Shown one piece after another: positions 57,559 through 64,000 of a DNA stretch of 64,000 nt. The DNA is taken from contig NZ_CP110854.1 of NCBI RefSeq assembly GCF_027594745.1, positions 988,241-1,052,240 on the forward strand, given 5' to 3'. The translations under genes were made by a program, and so were the position numbers. Below the pieces are notes generated by a model. It had not been told where the DNA came from. It made no database searches and worked only from the letters and a program-made list of their open reading frames with translations. Within the stretch, counting starts at the first letter, position 1; every line of letters begins with the position of its first letter. Origin of the DNA: Saprospira grandis (GTDB taxonomy: Bacteria > Bacteroidota > Bacteroidia > Chitinophagales > Saprospiraceae).

Positions 57559-58023
57559 TTACTTCTTTTTTTTGCGAAAATATTTGGGATGCACCAGCAA
57601 GAGGCCAAAAGAAACGCCATCCTCTTTTTCCTGTTTGGCATGATGAGCGCCATGGGCACGCAAAATCCCTCTAGAATACCAGCCATCCAATTGTTTAAAC
57701 CATTTGAAGCGTTGGTGTATATATACGTCATGGATCAGGAAATAGATCAGCCCATAAATGGAAATGCCCACGCCCACAAAAAAGAGCAGAAAATAGCCCG
57801 GTACAGCCGAGCCAATAATATAAGAGGCCGCACTAGGGACCGCAAAAACCAAAAAGAAGAGATCATTTTTCTCAAAAAAGCCTTCTACCTCATGAGGCTT
57901 ATGATGGTCTTCATGCCAAATCCATAAGAGGCCGTGCATGAGGTACTTATGGGCCAACCAGGCCACAAATTCCATGGCGATGACGCTAGCAAGCGTAATT
58001 AAGGTATAGAGTAAAATCTGCAT
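57559..58023 (-). CDS. crtZ: Beta-carotene 3-hydroxylase (CrtZ-like, fatty acid hydroxylase superfamily)
   Basis: A 154-aa membrane protein with His boxes (HKYLMHG; HEDHH; HDVYIHQR; HGAHH). It is adjacent to other carotenoid genes. Confidence 0.7.
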   Translation of the reverse strand: MQILLYTLITLASVIAMEFVAWLAHKYLMHGLLWIWHEDHHKPHEVEGFFEKNDLFFLVFAVPSAASYIIGSAVPGYFLLFFVGVGISIYGLIYFLIHDVYIHQRFKWFKQLDGWYSRGILRAHGAHHAKQEKEDGVSFGLLLVHPKYFRKKKK

Positions 58024-58057
58024 ACTAAAGGTATTATGAGAAAGTGGAAATTATCTG

Positions 58058-58250
58058 CTCCAAAAGCGGGCGAAGCCCGCTACGGCCTAGCGATGTGCAG
58101 CAGTGGCCGAAGGCCAGACCCAGGCGGCGAAGCCGCCGCAGGGCCGAGCGAACAGCGAGCTGCGAAACGACAACAAGGACTTTAGTCCGCAGTTCGACGA
58201 CCGAAGGGAGTAACCGCCGACGACCGAAGGGAGGCGGAGGCCCCAAAAAA
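58058..58250. repeat. GC-rich composite intergenic hairpin repeat, inserted between the carotenoid genes
   Basis: Nearly identical to the copy at 23005..23230. Confidence 0.75.
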
Positions 58251-58254
58251 AGAA

Positions 58255-58923
58255 CTACATCAATAAAAAGAGGTAGATCCAGAGAAAGAAAACGAACTGC
58301 CAAAGAAACAAAAATTCGAGGGCGGGGTTGCGCCTAGGCCCCAAAAAATGGCCAAAAAAGAGCTGTAGACCAAAGGCGGCCAGCCACCAAACCGCATAAT
58401 TTTGCCAAGGAGCCACCAGTAGGCTGTTGTAGGGCGTATTGCCCCAGCTCCACATATCGTAACGGACTGCGGCGGGCTCAATAAAGAGGTCGAGACTGAC
58501 CATGAGGCTGGCCCCCAGCAGGCTGCGCAGCCAAAGCGGGCGGCTGGCGAAAAAGCGCAAAATGATCGAGCTAGAAGCATAGACCAGCATGGCCCAATTG
58601 AGGCCGATCATGAAAGGCGTGCCGCCCAACTGAGGGCCCAAAGTAGCGCCATAGCTATATTCTCCGAAGATGAGCCCCGTTTGCACCCCCGCCAATTCTA
58701 AAAACCAGCCGCCCCAATAGACCGCAAAAAGGGCCAAATAGAGTCGTTTGTCTTGCTGTTTTTCGGCCCAAAGGCAAAGGCCAAAAGTGGCTAATAAATT
58801 GAGTGGCGTGAGCCGCATAAATTCGGGATGCAAGGGCCAACTGACGCCCAGCAAGCCCACAGCATAGAGGCAGCAGAGCAGAATGAGCACCCAGTTTTGC
58901 TTTTGCGAATAGCTTAAGGACAT
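58255..58923 (-). CDS. Polytopic membrane protein of the carotenoid cluster (lycopene cyclase-domain or CruF-like hydratase)
   Basis: A 222-aa protein with 6-7 TM helices. Its stop abuts the CrtI-family gene start, and its position fits carotenoid clusters of Bacteroidota. The exact family is uncertain. Confidence 0.5.
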   Translation of the reverse strand: MSLSYSQKQNWVLILLCCLYAVGLLGVSWPLHPEFMRLTPLNLLATFGLCLWAEKQQDKRLYLALFAVYWGGWFLELAGVQTGLIFGEYSYGATLGPQLGGTPFMIGLNWAMLVYASSSIILRFFASRPLWLRSLLGASLMVSLDLFIEPAAVRYDMWSWGNTPYNSLLVAPWQNYAVWWLAAFGLQLFFGHFLGPRRNPALEFLFLWQFVFFLWIYLFLLM

Positions 58924-60408
58924 CTATTTTAGGTTTTTAATGAGGTCTTCTGTGGCCAGCTTGGCCGATAAAAGGGCCAGCGGAATCCCGCCCCCAGGAT
59001 GCACGCTGCCGCCCACAAAATAAAGGCCCGACAGCTGCCTAGAAAAGTTGGGATGACGGAAAAAAGCCGCCATGCTGTTGTTGGAGGAAGTGCCATATAA
59101 AGACCCCAAATGCGATTGGGTTTTCGCTTGAATGAGGGCGGGAGAAAGTAGCTCTTCCTCGACAATATGGGGTTGAACGGGACGGCCCAAAATGCGCTCT
59201 AGCTTTTGGAGAATCCGCTTTTTACTTTGGGCAATTAAGTCCTCCCAGTCTTGACCATCAAGTTGAGGGGCATTGATCATCACAAACCAATTTTCATGGC
59301 CCAAGGGGGCATCGCTTTGCTCTACTTTGGAGCTGATGTGAATGTAGACCGTAGGATCTTCATAAAGGCTTTTTTCCTCAAATAGTTGGCGGAACTCCTC
59401 TGGATAATTATCACTGAAAAAGATATTATGCACATCTAGTTCGGGAAAACTTTGGTCCATCCCCCAATAAAAAATGAGGGCCGAAGAAGACTTCGGTTGC
59501 TCCAAAATGCGCTTAGGCCTAGGCTGTTTGGGCAGCAAACGGTCGTAGGCAAAAAAGATATCCATATTGCAAACGACTTGATCGAAGACTAGTTCTTTTT
59601 GGCCAATTCTGATGCCTTTTACGGCTTTGTTTTGGACCAAAATCTCCTCTACTTTTTGTCCATAATGAAATTTCACCCCTAAATGTTCGGCCAAACGAAC
59701 CAGCGAATGGCTAATTTCCTTCATACCGCCCTTGGGCATAAAGGCCCCAAAACCCTGTTCCAGATGCGGAATCAGACTCATGATACCTGGGGTTTTATAA
59801 GGACTAGAGCCATTATAAGTCGCATAGCGATTAAAGAGTTGGACCATTTTGGGATGCTGCTTTAGGCGCTTTTTATTCTCTTGGTCCAAAGAGCGATGCA
59901 GCCCTAGCCAAGGCATAGCCAAGACCCCCTTAAAGGTTTTCCAGCGCAAATAAGTGCTGAGTCGATGCAGTGATTTTTCGAGGAAAATGGGGGCCGTAGT
60001 TTCGTATCTAAAACGGGCCCAAGCCAGATAATCCTTAAGCGCTTGGGCGGGAAAGCCCAGTTTTTCTTCTACCTCTTGGCCATATTTATGAAGATCGGCA
60101 TAGGCGGAAATAGACTGCCCATCTTCCCAAAAGTACTTACAAACCGTATCTAGGCGATGATAATCAAAGCCGAAATCTTTGGGGTTTTCGCCAGCTAGGG
60201 CAAAGAGTTCTTCTACATATTGGGGCATGGTAAAGAGGCTGGGCCCCGCATCAAAGCGGTAATCGCCTACTTGCAAATTGGAGAGTTTGCCGCCGGGGTA
60301 ACTATTGGCCTCAAAGACCGCTACCCTATGGCCAGCGGCGGCTAGACGTACGGCCGCCCCAATGCCGCCAATGCCGGCGCCAATAATGGCAATATTTTGT
60401 TGATTCAT
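58924..60408 (-). CDS. Phytoene desaturase-family FAD oxidoreductase (CrtI/CrtD-like)
   Basis: The N-terminal Rossmann motif is IAIIGAGIGGIGAAVRLAAAGHRVAVFEAN..GGK. The length is about 494 aa, and the C-terminal motif is GLYFVGGSVHPGGGIP. Confidence 0.85.
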   Translation of the reverse strand: MNQQNIAIIGAGIGGIGAAVRLAAAGHRVAVFEANSYPGGKLSNLQVGDYRFDAGPSLFTMPQYVEELFALAGENPKDFGFDYHRLDTVCKYFWEDGQSISAYADLHKYGQEVEEKLGFPAQALKDYLAWARFRYETTAPIFLEKSLHRLSTYLRWKTFKGVLAMPWLGLHRSLDQENKKRLKQHPKMVQLFNRYATYNGSSPYKTPGIMSLIPHLEQGFGAFMPKGGMKEISHSLVRLAEHLGVKFHYGQKVEEILVQNKAVKGIRIGQKELVFDQVVCNMDIFFAYDRLLPKQPRPKRILEQPKSSSALIFYWGMDQSFPELDVHNIFFSDNYPEEFRQLFEEKSLYEDPTVYIHISSKVEQSDAPLGHENWFVMINAPQLDGQDWEDLIAQSKKRILQKLERILGRPVQPHIVEEELLSPALIQAKTQSHLGSLYGTSSNNSMAAFFRHPNFSRQLSGLYFVGGSVHPGGGIPLALLSAKLATEDLIKNLK

Positions 60409-61311
60409 TTAGCTGTAAATTTTTTGGGCCATTCGGTAAGTGTTTGCATGGGCCTCAATGATGTAGCGCAGTTGGGGCGAATAGCCGCCGCCCATACTGA
60501 CCGCTACGGGAACGCCCGCCTTTTGGCAGCAGCTAAACACAAATTGGTCTCGCTGAGCGCAGGCATTTAAGCTTAGGCCCAAACGGCCCAACTTATCAGA
60601 GGCCAAGACATCTACGCCAGAGAGATAAAGGACCATATCTGGCCGAAGGCTTTCGAGCAAAGCGGGTAAATAATCGGCTAAAACCTGCAAATAAGGGCCG
60701 TCATCCATCAGATCGGGCAGGGCAATATCAAGGTCCGACCGCTCTTTGCGGAAAGGATAATTGGCCGCGGCATGCATAGAAAAGGTAAAAACCCTGGGCT
60801 CATTTTCGAAGATTTTGGCGCTGCCATTGCCTTGATGCACATCCAAATCGACAATGAGAATTTGCTGGGCCAGGCCTTGGTCCAAGAGATAATTGGCGGC
60901 AATCGCAAAGTCGTTGAGCAGACAAAAGCCCTCTCCATGGCTGGCATAGGCATGATGCGTGCCGCCTGCAATATTGAGCGAAACCCCATATTCTTGGGCC
61001 GCCAAGCAGCAATCAATGGTCCCTTGAGCAATCACTTTAGAGCGTTGGACCAATTTATCGGACATGGGAAAACCAATTTTACGGGCAGCTTTGGCCGAAA
61101 TCGTTTGCTCTTTTAGGGAGTCCCAATAATCTTTGCTATGGGTGCGCAAAATCCATTCTTCGGCAATGGGTTGAGGGTGAAAAAAATTCTCTTCTTCCAG
61201 ACAACCTTCATAAATGAGCTGCTGGGCCAATAGATCGTACTTGATCATAGGAAAGCGGTGGCCTTGGGGCAACTCGTAGCGGTAGATGGGCGAAAAAGCA
61301 ACTTTTAACAT
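60409..61311 (-). CDS. Histone deacetylase-family (AcuC/HDAC-like) deacetylase
   Basis: The HDAC motifs GGTHHAYASHGEGFCLLND and DLDVHQGNG are present. 300 aa. Confidence 0.85.
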   Translation of the reverse strand: MLKVAFSPIYRYELPQGHRFPMIKYDLLAQQLIYEGCLEEENFFHPQPIAEEWILRTHSKDYWDSLKEQTISAKAARKIGFPMSDKLVQRSKVIAQGTIDCCLAAQEYGVSLNIAGGTHHAYASHGEGFCLLNDFAIAANYLLDQGLAQQILIVDLDVHQGNGSAKIFENEPRVFTFSMHAAANYPFRKERSDLDIALPDLMDDGPYLQVLADYLPALLESLRPDMVLYLSGVDVLASDKLGRLGLSLNACAQRDQFVFSCCQKAGVPVAVSMGGGYSPQLRYIIEAHANTYRMAQKIYS

Positions 61312-61391
61312 TTCATTGATTCTTTGTTCTTAGAAAAGCAATTTAGGAAAAAAGTTTTGAGCCCTTGCTAATTTAATTTTTTAGGGGGGTG

Positions 61392-61560
61392 TTTTGGGGC
61401 CCGCGGCCAGCAAGCTGGCCGCCGCTATGCTGCGGGGCTCACAAGTCTGTTCGGCCCTGCAGCCGCCTGCGGCGGCTTTGGTCTGGCCTTCGGCCACCCC
61501 TCCGCAGCGCTGGGCCGCTCAGCGGTCTTTTTTCTTTGGGCCCTCTTCTTCGGCGGCTGA
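61392..61560. repeat. GC-rich composite intergenic hairpin repeat
   Basis: Nearly identical to the copy at 46260..46440. Confidence 0.75.
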
Positions 61561-61564
61561 ATTT

Positions 61565-62245
61565 AGGGCGTAGCCGCCTAGCTGGAGCTAAGAAAAAACT
61601 AGGTCGAACTAGGAATAGCTTAGGTCAAGCTAGCCAAACCTTAGGTTGAGCTAACTAAACCTTAGCTGGAGCTAGTAGCCGCTTAGGTCGAGCTAGGAAA
61701 GTATTAGCTGGAGCTAAGGAAAAGCTAGGTCGAGCTAGGAATAGCTTAGGTTGAGCTAGCCAAACCCTAGGTTGAGCTAGTGGCGCCTTAGGTCGAGCTA
61801 GGAATAGCTTAGGTTGAGCTAGCCAAATCCTAGGTTGAGCTAGTGGCGCCTTAGGTCGAGCTAAGAAAGTACTAGCTGGAGCTAACAAACAGCTAGGTCG
61901 AGCTAGGAATAGCTTAAGTCAAGCTAGCCAAACCCTAGGTTGAGCTAGTGGCGCCTTAGGTCGAGCTAAGAAAGTACTAGCTGGAGCTAACAAACAGCTA
62001 GGTCGAGCTAGGAATAGCTTAAGTCAAGCTAGCCAAACCCTAGGTTGAGCTAGTGGCGCCTTAGGTCGAGCTAACCAAACCCTAGCTGGAGCTAGTAGCC
62101 GCTTAGGTCGAGCTAGGAAAGTATTAACTCGAGCTAAGAAAAAGCTAGCTCGAGCTAGTAGCCGCTTAGGTTGAGCTAGGAAAACCCTAGCTCGAGCTAA
62201 CAAAAAGTTAGCTCATTGGCCCTTAGCAATAAGTTCACTAAGTCA
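61565..62245. repeat. Array of about 32 tandem units with a 21-bp period, built from a conserved 12-bp near-palindromic core plus a variable 9-mer
   Basis: The core TAGGTYGAGCTA / TAGCTSGAGCTA (cf. the perfect palindrome TAGCTCGAGCTA) recurs every 21 bp. The 9-nt inserts vary (ggaatagct, gccaaaccc, gtggcgcct, agaaagtac, acaaacagc ...). Higher-order repeats of about 126 bp are also visible. Confidence 0.85.
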
Positions 62246-62287
62246 GTACTTTAACTTATTAGTAACAATTGGCCCCTTAGGCGGTTT

Positions 62288-62450
62288 AGCAGGCGGCGAA
62301 GCCGCCGCAGGCCTAGCGATGCGGCGGGGTGGCCCGCAGGGCCAGACCGAAGGCGAAACGAAGTGTAGCCTGAAGGGCCGAGCAGACCTGCGAGCCCCAA
62401 AGCGTAGCGCCGACGAGCGCAGCGAGGCGGAGGCCCCAAAAAAACAGAAT
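62288..62450. repeat. GC-rich composite intergenic hairpin repeat
   Basis: Contains ggcggcgaagccgccgcaggcctagcgatgcggcggggtggcccgcagggccagaccgaaggcgaaacgaagtgtagcctgaagggccgagcagacctgcgagcc. Confidence 0.7.
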
Positions 62451-62511
62451 AAAGCGACTTAGGCATCAACCTTTGGGTCTTGCAGATCGTTAAAGCGGTA
62501 AAAGAGAAAAC

Positions 62512-63483
62512 ATGCGAAACCAGCTCCCCATTTTTGCCTTGCTGCTCCTATTATTGGGCCTTGGCGCCTGCGAAGAAGAGTATACCCCCGAAGACGTTTT
62601 TGATGAGCCTCAACTAGTGGTAGAAGGCTATGTGGAATATGGGCCGGGGGCCCTGCCACCCTATGTTATTTTGACCCAAAGCTCGCCTTATATAGGAGAT
62701 TTGAGCCCCGATCGGCTAGCCGAACTCTTTGTGCATGATGCCGACGTTCGGGTATCGGATGGAGAAAACGAAGTCCAACTGACCGAATTTTGCTTGGGCG
62801 ATTTGGCGGCTTTGGATACGGCCGTGGCCCAAACCGTTGCCGAATTTTTGGGCTTGGGGGGCATTTCGGTCACCGAGCTAGAATACTGCATATATATAGA
62901 CATCTTTGGCTTTTTGAACTTCTCGCCTTTAGAGATTGAGCCTGGGCGAAGCTACAGCCTAGTAGTTCGAGCGGGAGAAGATAGCGTTTCGGCCGTGACG
63001 ACCTTAGCACCTTTGGTGGGTTTTGACAGCCTGTATTACGTCGATCATCCGGATTATCCAGAGAATGACTCTTTGGTTGAATTGCGGGCTTCGGTGACGG
63101 ATCCTGCGGGAGAAGAAAACTACTATCGGGTATTTACCAAGCGGAATGAGGAGCCTTTTTATCCGCTTTTGGGCCAATCGGTTACGGATGATAAGATTTT
63201 TGATGGGCGGGTAGGTTTTGAAATCCCGGTACAGCGGGGGCAGTCCTTTGTTTCTGAATTTGATCTAGAAACGGCGGGCTATTATTGGCGGGGCGACACC
63301 GCCGTTGTTCGAGTAAGTAACATTGATTATCCGCATTTTCGGTTTTGGCAAACCTTCGAGTATAGTTCGGGCAGCCAGGGGCCTTTTGGCAATTATGTCC
63401 GCATTGAATCCAATATTCAGGGCGGCTTAGGCGTTTGGGGAGGACTACATTATGAGGATTATGAGCTGATTATTCCTCGTTAG
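62512..63483 (+). CDS. Lipoprotein, hypothetical (possibly DUF4249-like)
   Basis: A lipoprotein signal is present (LPIFALLLLLLGLGAC). 323 aa with no catalytic motifs. Confidence 0.6.
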   Translation: MRNQLPIFALLLLLLGLGACEEEYTPEDVFDEPQLVVEGYVEYGPGALPPYVILTQSSPYIGDLSPDRLAELFVHDADVRVSDGENEVQLTEFCLGDLAALDTAVAQTVAEFLGLGGISVTELEYCIYIDIFGFLNFSPLEIEPGRSYSLVVRAGEDSVSAVTTLAPLVGFDSLYYVDHPDYPENDSLVELRASVTDPAGEENYYRVFTKRNEEPFYPLLGQSVTDDKIFDGRVGFEIPVQRGQSFVSEFDLETAGYYWRGDTAVVRVSNIDYPHFRFWQTFEYSSGSQGPFGNYVRIESNIQGGLGVWGGLHYEDYELIIPR

Positions 63484-63570
63484 TTGGAATTTGGCCAAGC
63501 CAGTTTAAAATTGTATTTTTAGATAGATTTGTCCCTATTCCCCTAGCCCGCCAATTCAAAAACTGCTTAT

Positions 63571-64000
63571 ATGAAAACACTATCACTCTTCTTTTTAGCC
63601 TTATCGCTTCCCTTTTTTGTTCAGGCTCAGCACAGTTGGGCTCGGCCTTATTTTGAGGTAGGCGCACAGCTAGGGACCTCTAGTTATTCGGGGGAGTTGG
63701 TCAACTCTATGCTCGATACCAAACACCTGCATTTGGCGGGAGGTATTTTTGCTCGCTACAACCTCAACCAGTATCTCAATTTTAGGTTACAGGCTAGCTA
63801 CGGCAATATTTCGGGCAACGACCAAGATGCAAAAGAGCTACGCGACCAGATTCGGAACCTACATTTCCGCTCTCATATTTTTGAGGGAGCCTTGATGGCC
63901 GAAATCAACTTTATGGGCTACCATACTATGGGCCACAAAAAATTATTTTCTCCCTATGCCTTCATTGGTTTGGGCGTCTTCAACTACAACCCCAAGGCCA
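63571..64000 (+). CDS. Outer-membrane beta-barrel (porin-family) protein; 3' partial, continuing beyond the window
   Basis: A signal peptide (MKTLSLFFLALSLPFFVQA) is followed by alternating amphipathic beta-strand patterns. There is no stop before the window end. Confidence 0.6.
   Translation, partial: MKTLSLFFLALSLPFFVQAQHSWARPYFEVGAQLGTSSYSGELVNSMLDTKHLHLAGGIFARYNLNQYLNFRLQASYGNISGNDQDAKELRDQIRNLHFRSHIFEGALMAEINFMGYHTMGHKKLFSPYAFIGLGVFNYNPKA

Noticed and set aside
61655-61888. ORF of 77 aa with the repetitive sequence LARPKAPLAQP.. inside the 21-bp tandem array
   Set aside because: The peptide periodicity (7 aa) mirrors the 21-bp DNA repeat, and equivalent ORFs exist in other frames. It is an artefact of the repeat.
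2050-62469. Numerous short ORFs of 60-160 aa on both strands inside the GC-rich intergenic repeat copies, for example 2050..2274, 9898..10371, 10065..10313, 11650..11886, 14835..15035, 16295..16523, 18675..18893, 22952..23224, 26474..26803, 26838..27065, 33124..33549, 35736..35976, 41675..41944, 43668..43885, 47249..47494, 50626..50898, 56712..57377 (5' part), 58034..58337, 61389..61649 and 62251..62469
   Set aside because: They have Ala/Arg/Gly/Pro-rich translations typical of GC-rich non-coding DNA. They are present symmetrically on both strands. Their 'sequence similarity' to each other simply reflects the repeated DNA. I call none of them genes.

Overview
This 64-kb window is chromosomal DNA from a Bacteroidota genome. 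The evidence is several T9SS C-terminal sorting domains, SprB-type repeats, Bacteroidetes-style ECF sigma/anti-sigma pairs and a carotenoid gene cluster; it is plausibly a Saprospiraceae-like gliding bacterium, but the species cannot be determined from sequence alone. I call about 45 protein-coding genes and two tandem tRNA-His(GTG) genes. Three genes look disrupted: two by frameshifts and one by an in-frame TGA. The window is unusually repeat-rich. At least 22 copies of a composite GC-rich hairpin repeat fill almost every intergenic gap; these are built from modules such as ttttggggcc, gcagggccgagcagacctgcgagc, ggcggcgaagccgccgcagg, ggccgaaggccagacc and tgcacatcgctaggcc. There are also three unrelated tandem-repeat arrays with periods of about 42, 44 and 21 bp. 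The most interesting region is a co-directional minus-strand locus at 2.4-9.5 kb. Reading 5' to 3' on that strand it contains a WGR/DUF4132 (MolR/YehI-like) giant protein, a SWIM zinc-finger (YehQ-like) protein, a GC-rich repeat, an AT-rich promoter-like stretch, a structured non-coding leader, and a retron-type reverse transcriptase with atypical N- and C-terminal extensions. The leader contains a perfect 29-bp inverted repeat plus a second stem-loop, and the RT carries the YADD, NAxxH and VTG motifs. I flag this as a candidate retron or defense-associated RT element, and possibly a previously undescribed association of an RT with a WGR/SWIM module. Other notable items are an orphan coiled-coil, peptidoglycan-binding, VanY/M15-like cell-wall hydrolase without a signal peptide; an S24 LexA/CI-like regulator next to iteron-like repeats carrying ACAGT palindromes; and a CHAT-TPR protease-like protein.
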